64,000 nt of DNA, taken from the NCBI GenBank assembly GCA_002269645.1, contig NIVC01000135.1, forward strand, positions 1 to 64,000, given 5' to 3'. Made by a program: the position numbers and the translations under genes. How positions within the stretch are numbered: position 1 is the first letter of the stretch; the number at the start of each line of letters is the position of its first letter. Of this stretch, positions 48,456 to 61,962 are shown in pieces. The notes beneath the pieces are model-generated. The model ran no database searches. It was not told the DNA's origin and worked only from the letters and a program-made list of their open reading frames with translations. This DNA is from Macrostomum lignano. Taxonomy: Eukaryota.

Positions 48456-49605
48456 TGTAGTTTACGACCTTCTTTGCCTTCACGCTATTCTCTGACTAGG
48501 CGCTTTAGCCCTCTGTCCAACGTGCACTAGCACTGGCCCCGTCAACGTAACACGTCTGTATCCGCACGTCGGCAGTGAGTCTATATATATAGCTCAAATA
48601 TACAGTCCACGAGACCAGGTTTTTCGCCACACACAAGCGCACTACAATTGCATCGCAAGCAAGCCTCCCACACCGCCCCCATTGAACTTGCGCGAGGAGC
48701 CCCATGCGGCACATACAAAGTGGAGCAAGTGTTGGCTCAGTTCCGCAGCTGTTCGCCGCGGCCGCTGACATCTCTGACAAGAGGCGACTTCGCCAACTCC
48801 TTCTATACACAGCGAGCGAGGACCTACAGGCCATTGCAGCCGGTATCGCCGAAGCCGGTGATGACGTCGACAAGCTCATCAAGGCTCTCAATGAGCACTT
48901 CATCAGCCAGCTCAACTTGCCCTTCACCCGCTACCAGTTCCGTCTGTGCATCCAGCAAACCGGAGAGTCCCTGGACGACTGGATGCGGCGGCTCAGCGAC
49001 ACCGCGGACTGCTGCAAATTTGAAGGCCTCCGGGACTTGCTGATCCGCGACCAGCTGATTTCCGGCTGCAGCTCCGAGCAGCTCCGCAGGAAGCTGCTGG
49101 CCATGGACAACGTGGACCTGGGCCAGGCGGTCCGGGTGGCCAGGGCCATGGAGGCAGCTGAGGCGCAGGCCAGCCTCATGGAGACCAGCGCAGCGACCGT
49201 GCAACGGCTGTGGAAGCGCGAGTTCAGGCCATGCGCCTTAGGGACGCCAGCACCAGCTCAATCAATCAGTTGGGATCGTCTTTAATATGATTGAACAATG
49301 CTACATTCTCCAGCGAGCAAACATGCATGTATAGTGACTGATAAAACAGACCTCAATGACTACCCAAGTATATTTCAAGGATAACAAGTTGGCAATAAAA
49401 TCTCTATAACTGCGCGGCAATGGCCTCCTGTTCTCCGGTTGCTCAGGCTTCTTCTCAAACTCGCGCGTCGACATCGCGCGTCGACATGTGTGATGCTTCT
49501 TCCGCGGACGTACGCGATATCGTAGTCGAAAGCGGCCAGTTGGATCGCCCACCGCGTGATTCTCGCCGACGGGACATTCCGGATCTCCGTGGCTAGGCTG
49601 GAGGA
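48456..49605 (+). mobile_element. Gypsy LTR plus truncated gag (+) and inverted RNase H fragment (-), unit 3
   Basis: Duplicate at offset 8610 from unit 2; gag ORF 48704 differs by one residue. Confidence 0.85.
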
Positions 49606-50355
49606 CAAAGATGAACAGTGGAGCACAGAGATGAGTACAGTGGAGCACAGAGATGAGTACAGTGGAGCACAGAGATGATTACAGTGGAGCACAGAGATGA
49701 GTTCAGTGGAGCACAGAGATAAACAGTGGAGCACAGAGATAAACAGTGGAGCACTGAGATGAGTTCAGTGGAGCACAGAGATGAGTACAGTGGAGCACAG
49801 AGATACACAGTGGAGCACAGAGATGAGTACAGTGGAGCACTGAGATGAGTACAGTGGAATACAGAGATGAGTACAATGGAACACAGAGATGAGTACAATG
49901 GAACACAGAGATGAGTACACTGGAACACAGAGATGAGTACAATGGAACACAGAGATGAGTACACTGGAACACAGAGATGAGTACAGTGGAGCACAGAGAT
50001 GAGTACAGTGGAGCACAGAGATGAGTACAGTGGAACACAGAGATGAGTACACTGGAACACAGAGATGAGTACACTGGAACACAAAGATGAGTACACTGGA
50101 ACACAGAGATGAGTACAGTGGAGCACAGAGATGAGTACAGTGGAACACAGAGATGAGTACAGTGGAGCACAAAGATGAGTACACTGGAACACAGAGATGA
50201 GTACAGTGGAGCACAGAGATGAGTACAGTGGAACACAGAGATGAGTACAGTGGAGCACAAAGATGAGTACACTGGAACACAGAGATGAGTACAGTGGAGC
50301 ACAGAGATGAGTACAGTGGAACACAGAGATGAGTACAGTGGAACACAGAGATGAG
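49605..50355 (+). repeat. 22-bp minisatellite, unit 3
   Basis: Same array as 40995-41745. Confidence 0.96.
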
Positions 50356-51805
50356 CAGTGCAGCGAGATTAAGATGATTGAGAAGTGTAAGAACTTTTAC
50401 CAAGTGACATTGGATATGAAATATAAGTTCTGTTTAATAAGACATACTTTGTTTCTTTATTTTGGCACCCAAGACTTATCTATCAGGCAAAAGTTACTTC
50501 AAAGGTTAAAAAAACATATCGGATTTTGATGCGGCCTCGCTAAGGACATCCTCTCTGCTGATAAAATTAGCTCTATCTTTGATTAGTGCTAACTAACTTA
50601 GTGCATCATAAGTATCATTAGCTTAGTTGGCATTAGTTAGTTGATCATCAGTATTTGGATAAGAGTTTCCAACTCTGATGAATTCAGCTGCTTGATCGAG
50701 GTTGGATGAGCAAGTGGAGCTTTTTTACGTCTTATTTAAATGTAACTGCAACCCCGATTGGAGTATTGCTTATGATAGTATTGATAATAAATGTGATATA
50801 CCCTGGTCAGGCTCGTTTGAAGAGGAAAACTGCCTCTTGAGCCTTTGCGTTCGACGTCAGAGCCACAGGCTCAGCAAATTCTGCAAATTAGAAATTGCAT
50901 TTTATGGCTGGCAACATTCAAATTCGCATTAGTTTTGGATATTCCGCCAGTTTCATCCTTTGCAAACAAGTTTCTGGCCTTGAGGGCTCTTAACGAATCT
51001 AAATAGCTTCCAGGAGGCTCGCGCCAAACAACAGTGGATGCATGAGGTGTGAAATCAAACAGGATTAATGGACTTGCATTATCTTCTGTTTGCAAAAAAA
51101 TTTTCTCATTTTCCTGATTATGCACGGATACGAACTCAGGCAAGCACTTAAAAGGGGTACCTTCTCATCGTGAGGCATGAAATCCCCAACTTCATGTGGG
51201 CTGCGCGGGGACTCGAACCCCAGATATAAATGCAGGCTGCTAAGCTCGTCTTCCAAACAAGCAGAGTGCCAGAGGAACTACTAAGTCCAGGATTTTTCTC
51301 GTGATGATAGATCACGAGCTGTCTGCACAAAAATAGTGATAGAAAGCACAAGCGGTTGCCATAGCGACTTTGTAGTGGGCAGGCTGAGACCAGAAAGAAG
51401 GGAGGATCTCAGCGGTGGGATGCGAGTGTAATTTAGGAGTCAGGACACAAAATTTGTCTCACTGCAATGAGATAGAAATAAGTGTGCATAGAGACATGAT
51501 TAACTGTGTGGTGCCTCGCGATTGACGGCTCAAAGTTAGCGCGAAAGGCGAGAGGGCGGTCAGGGGCGCATGGATCAGTGACAAAAGGAGTTGAAGAATC
51601 CTACTCAACCGCGACTGCATGAACAATTTCAAGATTTCTGTTTCAATTCAGCACTGAAACTCTGTACTATTCAATGTATCAATTCATGACTTTCACGACA
51701 GTGGGCTTCACGTAGTCTCAATGCTCTGCAAAATATCATATGCCAAAGGACGTCGAAAACTTTGCCAAACACCAGGCACTGGCTCGTCTCATAGCTCAAT
51801 GACGT

Positions 51806-53675
51806 TCAGGTGAGCATGAGAATCTCCAGCTGTTTGAAGCTGTAGTACCTTCCATCAGTGATGTTTGTGGGGGCATTGCGATACCAAAAGATGCCTTTGG
51901 CCCGGTCTGCAGCTGACACATTCAGGGCTGCCGGGTAGTTGAAGTACTTGCCGAACGGACCGGAGTTGTGGCAGCATGCGTGCCAGTGAGGCTGCTCGTA
52001 TTGCACTGCACAGTTACTAAAACAAACACTCCATCCGCGATCTCGAGTGACAAACTGCCTGTTCAATCCTTGAATCAGGCCGTCATCAAGGCCTCCAGCC
52101 GGTGCATAGGTGTAGGCAGAAATCGTGTAGTTGGTGCTCTCGGCCAGAATGAGCACGTTCAGGTAGTAGGCGTAGATGTAGGCGTCGTTCCAGTACAGCA
52201 GGTCGACGCGGAACCGGTTGCTGGGCAGAGCGCTGGTCCGATTGTGCAGCCACTCCAAGCCTAGTGTTATGAAATTCGCAGGTAATGAAATTGCATGTTG
52301 GTTCTCAACAATTGAACTAAATAAACAAGCTAGCGCACAGAGGAAGAAATCACTAGAGAGGGGCCCCTTTTTACAATTCCAATAGCAAATAACAAGCGGA
52401 ACTTTCTGCAACTAGAAGAGACAATATTTCATATATGTGCCAGACCATTGGGGGTTTGGTTGATTGCCATGGCTCCAATTTATCACTTTTGTCACATCCA
52501 ATTTGACTCCAACATCGAGTACTAGCATGTAGAATTGAAAGTTCCGCCTCACCAGCAAAGTAGTTGCCGTGATAAGTGCCGAAGCCGGTCTTGTACTCGG
52601 CCCAGAGCCGGTCGAAGCTCAGCGCGTCCGACACTCGCAGGTTGACGGTCTCAAAGCACTGCTGAGTGCCCACAGTGTAGAACTCCTGCGTTTGAAGTTT
52701 GACGTGCAATGTAAAGAAAAGCGTCTACTGTGGTAGCCCTGATCAAGCAATGCTTTCCCAACACTCACATAGACGGCCAGCTCAGAGCTGTTTGGAGGCT
52801 GCTCGAACCAGCGGCACAGCGGGTAGTCGGTGAGCAGAGAGCAGCTGCTGGAGTTGAACACAATCCCGCGACAGGCCGGCACCTCGCTGCACTTGTCAAC
52901 GCAGCGAACGAGCGATGAGACAGCCGGCTGGTGCTGAAGAAAGGCGGCGATGATCTTCACCGAGTTGCTGGGAATATGGACCCGCTTGTGCGTCACGTTC
53001 CGATCCACCAGGTACGCTGTGAAATATGGATTTTGGGGATGGATTTGATGGGCAATAAGGTGAGAAAAGCTAGCATCAGCGTTGAAACTGGCTGGATTGC
53101 ATCAACCTTTCCATGCTTATGCTAGAACCCATCGCTTAAACAGACCACAGGTGTAAGACTAGGTTTTCATCGAAAAACTCACCAAGTAGGCGTGCGGCGT
53201 CGGTGCCTCTGAGCAGCTGCTGCTCAAAGTCGCCAGCCTTCCAGATCTGCACACCGTACTCAGGCCGAATCTCCCTGGCAACAAAGCTGCTGCTGCTCAA
53301 GCCCGGCTCGCTCGCATTGTAGATGACGAGCACCTGGCATTCGAGGATCGCGGCTTTTTTGACGACTGCGACAGCGCAGGACGTTGCCCAGCACTTCCAC
53401 AGGCAGAGAACATCTGATCGAACACCCGTCTCGTTGAGCAGCTCGCTGCTCACGTAGCTGCCGATGCCGATGAAGCCGCTGGTCACCCGATCGTAGAGAC
53501 CTCCGGTGAGGGCGCTGGGGTCTGCGGCGGAGACCACAGCTGAAAGGGGTGTGAGTGAGCAGTGAGTGAGTAGAGTCTCTCCATCAAGGTGGCACCATTT
53601 TCATGCAGACTCACCCGTGAGCAGCTGGCACAGAAGCAGCTGCAGCGGCTCGGACCGCTTGGCTGTCAGCTTCAT
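51806..53675 (-). CDS. PAN-PAN-FBG gene copy 3 (intact)
   Basis: Exons 53675-53615, 53539-53183, 53016-52769, 52685-52553, 52260-51806; open reading frame throughout. Confidence 0.88.
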
Positions 53676-55959
53676 TGCAGGCAGCTGAGTTGCTGGGCAG
53701 ATTTTACAGTCAGCGATCGGCTCTGCTGATGCGAGATGATCCGCGATGAAGCTCAGCTCCTGATGGGGCTCCTGAAATATGGGATTCTGCCGCCCCCAGA
53801 GCTGATAAATACAAGCTTGTTGCCAAGCGCCTGACAAACCACCCATCGCCGCTCTTTCTCCACTGTACACGGCTGTTTCGCAGTGCCCAGTTATGGTGCA
53901 GCGGCTCGGTAGCCATTGGTTCCTTGATTTGGGGGCGGTGATGGCTGTTTGGCCTGGGGCTGTCTTCCCATCTCTTCAACAACTGCTGTACGCTCATGTC
54001 GAATCTTAGTTGTCTAGATTTTTACCTCTAACCCCTCGGCCTCCCTCCTTCTTTGGCTCTCTTGTCTCCATTAAATGATTGGCTAGCAACAGCATGGCAA
54101 CAAGCAGCATTCCGTGAGCGAGAAAAGTGTGGACTAAGGCAGAAAGATACGACTGAGAGTTGACGACGCCTCTTGGCGTTTATTAGATCAGCATTCAGGC
54201 TGTCTGGCTTGGGGCAGCTTCCTATCTGTTTATCAACTGCTGGGTGCTCATGTCGAGTCTTTATGGTTGGGTGGCTTGGTCTTCTCCTGCTCCACCTCTT
54301 CGCCTCCCACCTACCCTGTCTCTTTTGCTTCTATTAAACTACCGGCTAGCAACAGCTAGCATAGCAACAAGCAGCATTTCCTGGGCGAATGTGCTTAGTT
54401 AACAATTGCTTGAAATATTTTCAGCTTAATTTGATGGGCAAAGAATATTATTTAGAACTCAATTCCAAAAAAATTTACAAGAAAAAGACGCAAAAGCTTA
54501 AAAGTAAATTCAATTGTCATTTAGGGTCAGATGGCACGCCGCACCTCGAGCGAGCGTTCCAAATGTTAAAGAAGTCAGCCTTCAATCTATTAATTCTCCT
54601 TATTGCACGGCAGCTGCGGTGCGAGCTTCTGGAGTCCGCAAATTTGGGCCATCCGGGCATTGTAGGACCAAACAGCAGCTTCGCGAATTCACCTGTTGGC
54701 CAAGCATGGACGCCTACATTGAAACGTTCGTCAGAGATACTCTGATGTCCGCGACCCTGGGTACCGCGTCCCTTTGTGGTTTGCCCACAATCCTTTATCA
54801 TGGCTTTTGAATATGGATAAAAAACAATGGATAAGACTTCAACCTATTGGTAGGGCCCTTCTAAACTTTAACCTTAGTCCAAGGCCGGTTCCGCTGGCAG
54901 ATCCCAACCGGAGCTCTTGAAACCAATTAGGTGCCCTCGAAAAACCTAATGGCCCTGCCGGTGGATCAAAGTTAACCGCTAGCTCTGAACCGAATCGGGC
55001 AGCTCGAATGGCTCAAACGCACTGACATCGCCCAAGAACCCCTCTGGAAACAAGCTGGCCCAGATTGGCGCCACAGTCCACAGTTCAGCCTCAGAAGTGC
55101 AGATTTCAATTCTCTGTAACTCTGCAGCTTTGAACTTCTAAAGTTTCCCTAAACTGTGTAATCGATAGGGTTGAGGTCTGTGTCAATTTATTAATTATTT
55201 AAATAGCGCATTTTTCAACCCCCACCCAGCACAAGGTGGAGGCATGCCTTCCAAAACGTTTTCCAAAGATTTAGTGATCATGATCAGTGACCAAATTATA
55301 AGCAGAGAAACTGTCTAACGGTCACCGTTGTTGTATTCATGGTTAAATAAAAAGTTGCAGAATATGCAGTGCATATATAAATTGTTCTACTGAACAGAAG
55401 AAAAAGAAAAAACTATGAGGAAGGTACAGCGTCTCGGGTAGGAAATTAAGCGCAAATGTATTTTTTAAAGTACATTGACGCATGTCTTAAGGCATGGCAT
55501 CTGTGGTTTCTGTTTTGAGCAAGTTCGAAATGTAAGCTTAATTATGGGGTAATAGAACGCATTAAAAACAGAAGTCCAATTAATTTTATCCCCCTAAGGG
55601 ACTTAGCTAGTCAATATGATACTAAACTATTTTTTGTAATATCCCTTAATTCGTTTATTGCTATCGAATGCTGTAAAATAATGCAAACGAGTGTACTTAA
55701 ATTTAATTATAAAAAGCTAAAACTCATTTTCACCTGATCAACTAAAAAAGCCATTTGTGGATGAAACTGACAGCCTTCGCGAGTGCTGCACTCTAAAATA
55801 ATGAGCACAAGAATTAGCTCCTTGGTGGTACAACTTCAAAGCTGCATACACAAAGTTAGATATTTTTGTTTGAATTATCAGATAAATTTTTCACAAACAG
55901 GTGTTATATTATTAGAATGGTCTCTGAATAGGCTTTGCTGGTGCCGCATATATTCTAAA

Positions 55960-56230
55960 GCGTTTTAGCCTAGTGTTTAGTGACTCGCGACAGAAAGGTC
56001 GGAGGTTCGAAGTTCGAACCCCTCGAAACAACTTGTGCCCTTAAGCAAGACACTTAACTCTGCACTACTTCAGTTCACCCAGCTGTAAAATGGGTGCCAA
56101 CATTTGCTGGGGTAATTGAGGGTGTGGCGACCCCGCCCCCGTCCTTGGACTGAACAGCCGTACGCAGCCTTCAGATGTACCGCGCAATAGCTGCGGCTGA
56201 GCTTCGGTTGCGACAAATTATACTGTAGAC
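55960..56230 (+). mobile_element. tRNA-derived CORE-SINE, unit 3
   Basis: Slightly diverged duplicate of 38308-38575. Confidence 0.78.
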
Positions 56231-57132
56231 TGGTGCATGCGGTGTTTTTCACTTGACCCGTTATCAACTACAAATTCCCTGATATGTGATGCCGCATGAC
56301 GTAGGCACATGTAAGACTCTGAAGTCAATTATAATTAGCTGCAAACCTTACAACCAAGTTAAGCTTATCTTGACTCCAAGGAAACCCAACTTGCGTGAAC
56401 TATAATTGGAATATTGACGATTGAATTCGTCAAATTGGGTGCCTTAGAAGACTCCATATAAACTCAAAATGAATGCACAAAAAGAGTGAAAGACAATGCA
56501 AGCGGTTGCCATAGCGACTATATAGAGGGCAGGCTGCGACCAGAAGAACAGAGGATCTCAGCGATGTCATGCGAGTGTATCTCAGAACATCAAATTTGTC
56601 TCATTGGCAGCAAAGGCTAAATAAGAATGACTTAAGTAGTACAATTGCAAAGTACAATTAAGAGCAAAGAGTGCAGCCGATACCAAGCATAAGATAAATA
56701 AAACAAAAGATTAACGCCTTGAAATCTTATTGGCATGCCAAAGAAGAGAAAAAACAATTGAATGTAATCTAATTTATGCAATTTGAAAAGCGATTTATAT
56801 TTTATCGTAGCTAGAAACATAACTGATAAAAGATTTTTATTTGTGCAGTGCTTCCAGACTGACTGCTCAAATTTAGAGCAAAACTCCAGACTACGGTTTA
56901 AACACGGAGGCATCCATCGGGCTAAGAAAGGGGGCGCATGGGTCAGTGAGAAGAGGAGTTGATTGATTCCCACTTAGACGCGATTGCACAAACGATTTAA
57001 AATTTTGTTTAAATGTAGCACTGAAACTGTTGGACTCTGTGCTATTCAATGTACCAATTGACACCCTTAACAAGGGCTTTAATCGTACTTTTACAATTGC
57101 ACTTACTCTCATGGCTCGAGTATAGTTGACGT

Positions 57133-59070
57133 TCAGGTAAGCATGAGAATCTCCAGCTGCTTGAAGCTGTAGTACCATCCATCGGTGATGTTTGTGGGGG
57201 CATTGCGTCTCCAAACGATGCCCTTGGCTCGGCTTCGAGCTGGCACATTCAGCGCTGTCGGGTAGTTGAAGTACTTGCCGAACGGACCTGAGGCATGGCA
57301 GCATGCGTGCCAGTGAGGCTGGTGCATTTCAGCACAGTTCTGTCCACCTTTGCATCTACTCGATCCACGGTCTCGAGTCTGAAACTGGATTTTCCTGCCA
57401 CCGAACAAGTTCTGGCGAAGACCTCCAGCAGCCTGAAACCTAAAGTCAGACAACATGTAGTTGGTGCTCTCGGCTTGAATGAGCACGTTCAGGTAGTAGG
57501 CGTAGATGTAGGCGTCGTTCCAGTACAGCAGGTCGACGCGGAACCGATTCTTAGGCTGAGCACTTGTCCGGGCGTGCAGCCACTCCAAGCCTTGCGTTAT
57601 GAAATTCGCAGGCAATGAAATGGCATGTTGGTTCTTGATGAGAGAACCAGTTGTTGATTCGTCATACAGTGGAAAACAAAGCTCACAAGGGAAGAAGTCA
57701 CTAGAAAAGGGGGTCCTTTTTACAATTGCATTCCAAAGTTCAGATTTTGATTTCGATATTTCACAGACGATATTGATACGAGTATATGAAATCGCTGAGG
57801 CTTTAGTTTGGTTAGTTACATTATTCTTATTTGACACTTGAGGTTTGTCGACACAGTGGTTTATGACATCGAGTATTAGCATGCAGAATTCGCTCGTAAA
57901 AAGCTCCGCCTCACCAACGAAGTAGTTGCCGTGATAAGTGCCGAAGCCGGTCTTGTACTCGGCCCAGAGCCGGTCGAAGCTCAGCGTGTCCGATACTCGC
58001 AGGTTGACGGTCTCGAAGCACTGCTGAGTGCCGACGGTGTAGAACTCCTGCGTTTTGCAATTAAAACGATTTATTCGATCGGCTATCAATAAAAATGCCT
58101 AAATGATGTCAGCGATCAAGCACTGCTTTCCCAACACTCACATAGACGGCCAGCTCAGAGCTGCCCGGCGGCTGCTCGAACCAGCGGCACAGCGGGTAGT
58201 CGGTGAGCAGAGAGCAGTTGCTGGAGTTGAACACAATCCCGCGACAGGCCGGCACCTCGCTGCACTTGGCAACGCAGCGAACGAGCGATGAGACAGCCGA
58301 CTGGTGCAGAAGGAATGCGGCAAAGATCTTTACCGAATTGTTAGGAATGTGGAGCCGCTTGTGAGTCACGTTCCTAGCCGCCAGGTACTCTGTGAAAGAT
58401 TGATATTTTGGGTTGGATTTGATGATCTAGGTCAGCAGCACGCAACAGCAGCAGCAGCATGCATCAGCACTGAGACTGCTGGATTACATCAACCTTTCGA
58501 TGCTTATAACCATGCTAGAACTCATTGCCTTAACAGATAAGGTGAGCTCAGGTGTAAGCCTAGGTTTCCATCGCAAAACTCACTGCGCGCGGCGTCGATG
58601 CCGCTAAGCAGCTGCTGCTCAAAGTCGCCAGCCTTCCAGATCTGCACACCGTACTCAGGTCGAATCTCCCTGGCAACAAAGCTGCTGCTGCTCAAGCCCG
58701 GCTCGCTCGCATTGTTGATTACGAGCACCTGGCATTCGAGGATCGCGGCTTCCTTAACGACTGCGACAGCGCAGGACGTTGCCCAGCACTTCCACAGGCA
58801 GAGAACATCTGATCGAACACCCGTCTCGTTGAGCAGCTCGCTGCTCACGTAGCTGCCGATGCCGATGAAGCCGCTGGTCACCCGATCGTAGAGACCTCCG
58901 GTGACGGCGCTTGGGTCTGCGGCGGAGACCACAGCTGAAAGGGGTGTGAGTGAGCAGTGAGTGAGTAGAGTCTCTCCATCAAGGTAGCACCATTTTCATG
59001 CAGACTCACCCGTGAGCAGCTGGCACAGAAGCAGCTGCAGCGGCTCGGACCGCTTGGCTGTCAGCTTCAT
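57133..59070 (-). CDS. PAN-PAN-FBG gene copy 4 (intact, divergent FBG P subdomain)
   Basis: Exons 59070-59010, 58934-58584, 58389-58142, 58047-57915, 57590-57133. FBG segment YMLSDFRFQAAGGLRQNLFGGRKIQFQTRDRGSSRCKGGQNCAEMHQPHW. Confidence 0.88.
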
Positions 59071-60879
59071 TGCAGTCAGCTGAGTTGCTGGGCAGATTTT
59101 ACAGTCAGCGATCGGCTCTGCTGATGCGAGATGATCCGCGATGGAGCTCAGCTCCTGACGGGGCTCCGGAAATATGGGACTCCGCGGCGCCCAGAGCTGA
59201 TAAATACAAGCTGGTTGCCAAGCGCCTGACAAACCACCCCTCGCCTTTCTTTCTCCGCTGTACACGGCTGTTTCGCAGTGCACAGTTATGGTGCAGCGGC
59301 TCGGTAGCCATTGGTTCCTTGATTGGGGCGGTGATGGCTGGCTGGCTTGGGGCAGTCGTGTCTTCTCTTTAACAATTGGCGCTCACGTCTTTTTTGTCTT
59401 TTTTCCGCTTCTCCCACCTAACTCTTTGGAAGGTTCAGAGTCAGATTCATAAAATCCAGCAATTTCCCTAAAGTTTAAATTTACCGTGTACACTTTTGAG
59501 CAAAAGGCAACCACTCTTCTGCGGTCTTTGGCAACAAAGTTTCCTTTAAGTATACAACCCAAACTCTTCTCTGATGCTTGGCCTACCAACAACTTCCAAA
59601 TGACCTCGGTTGACCCTTGGCATCTTAGCAACCTCAATATGAGTCACAGAAATTCAGCAATCCCCTCATGAGCCTTGACATCTCAGCCATTCCCCTCATG
59701 ATCCACAGAATTTCACGGACAACGAATCTGCATGTGAAGACGAAGTCAGAAAACAAGAATATAAGAAATTTCAGCGAGCTTATCAGAATATTAAGCTCAT
59801 TTTAAGTTTATGAATGAACAAATAATTGGGCAAATGCTATCAAGGATTTAGCAGAAAACTTTTAATTTGATTATAAGCTTAGATCTTCCAATCTAGATCT
59901 GGATCGGTGTTAAATCTCGAAGTGTGCAGTTGCCAAGATTAATGTTTGCATGCCCCGCACAAACCCGACACCAGATGCAAGCCCTCGCAAGTAATAGTAG
60001 CTACTATACATGTTGATTTCTTATTCCAATTTCACTAACTGGATCTGAATTTCGTTCAAATAATGGGGCCTAACCTTATGTTTATGGGGAACGACGTTGG
60101 TAGGGAAAATAAATCTAAACGGAATTTGCACAAATACATTTCCAGATAAAGCTACCTGGGTGTCAACTGCAATGTCCAAATCAGGTTGCACAAAGTAAAT
60201 TTGGAATGTGGAAGCTCACTAACACCAGCTGGCTTGTCGAGAATAAAAAAAAATATGAATATACTTCTTTTAAAAAGTAAAGGTACTTTGTAAAACTTTA
60301 TAAAAACACTCTGCTGTCAGCTAACTAAAGCTCAGTATGACAGTAGTGACAATTTATTTTACAAAAGTAAAGCTTTGCAGGAAATGTTCAAATATTTTCG
60401 AATGCAGAAAAGGCAAACTATACGTTCTAAGTATAGAAATCAAACAAGATATGAAGCTGCTTTGAGCTACGGAAGAAGGCCGTTTTTATCTCTGTTTTAA
60501 ATATCCTGTCATTTTGTGAAGTTCTTTGCCAACCATCTGTTAATACCACGGTGAAATTGTCACTCAGCCGGCGAGAAGCATTGTACTGCCCATTTCGCCC
60601 ACTCCAGAAGTGAAAACGCATATCCAGAAGTATATTTCAGAAGTGAAAACGTGGGGCCTGCTAAAAGATTTCAGTACTGCCTTTGTCGTGGAAATGAACA
60701 GTGTAGTGGAAAGCGTTCGTACGAATTATAATTAACTTGGCTTTGTACTCCTAGCGGAAGTTCCAGTAAGTTCATGCTTTGCTGGCTCTGTCCTCAGCCT
60801 CCAGCTACAGTAGCAGCCCTGCCGCTCAGTTTCTGCACAAAGGGTCCCGGCCGGCTGCCCAATCGAGCCGAGGTCCAGC

Positions 60880-61010
60880 GACTGTCTCTGGAGTCCATGG
60901 CATCAATCATCGTGAGACATCGTTCTACCGCCCTCAAGGAAGTCCGGAGTGGAGCGCCTGAACCGCGTAGTCAAAGAGGTCTTGAAGAGCAGAAGAATTC
61001 CCGACCGATT
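60880..61010 (+). mobile_element. Gypsy integrase catalytic-core remnant
   Basis: Frameshifted HGINHRETSFYRPQGS / GVERLNRVVKEVLKS matches GIxHxxTSxYxPQSNGxVERxNRxxKxxL. Confidence 0.75.
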
Positions 61011-61962
61011 TTGAGACAACAAACGCAGACTGGCGCATGCAATGTTTTTCACTTCACCCATTGATCAGTTCCAAATTCCCTGATGTGTGATGCAGCATGA
61101 CGTAGGCACATGTAAGACTCTTAAGGTCAATTCTAATTAGCTGCAAACCTTACAACCAAGTTAAGCTTATCTTGACTCCAAGGAAACCCAATTTTCTAAA
61201 ACTATAATTGAAGGATTGACGAATTGAATTCGTAAAAATAAGTAATGTTAAAAGACTCCGTACAAGCACAAAATAAATGCACATAAAGAGTGAAAGACAA
61301 CACAAGCGGTTGTCATAGCGACTATATAGAGCGCAGTCTGCGACCAGAAGAAGAGGGGATCTCAGCGATGTCATGCGAGTGTATTTCAGGACATCAAATT
61401 TGTCTCATTGGCAGCAAAGGCTAAATAAGAATGACTTAAGAAAAACAGAAAAGTACAATTAAGAGCAAAGAGTGCAGCCGATACGAAGCATAAGAGGAAT
61501 GAAACAAAAGATGCATGCATTGAAATCTTGATGACACATCAAAGAAGAGAAAAAGCTATTGATTGCCACTACGAGCTAATTTGAGAATTTTGAAAAGTTG
61601 ATTGTTTTATTGTACGTGTAGAATTAAATATATTGTACTAACGAGATGTTTAGCAGTGCAGTGCTTCGAGATTGGGGGCTCAAATTTAGCACGAGTGCGG
61701 TTGAGACACGGAGAGAGCATAAGGATAAAAAAGAGAGAAGGGAAGGAGAAGAAAGATAAGGAAAAAGGGAGGATAAGCAAGGGAGATTTAAACTCTGTTT
61801 AAATTTAGCCCTGTGACTGTTCCACTCTGCTATTCAATGCAGCAATTCATGCTTTTCTCAAGAGTGGGCTTCACATAGTCTCAATGCTCTGCAAAATACC
61901 CAGTATTAAAGAAAAACACGACAAAACAATTGAAACACGACGGCACTGGCTGACGTTGACGT

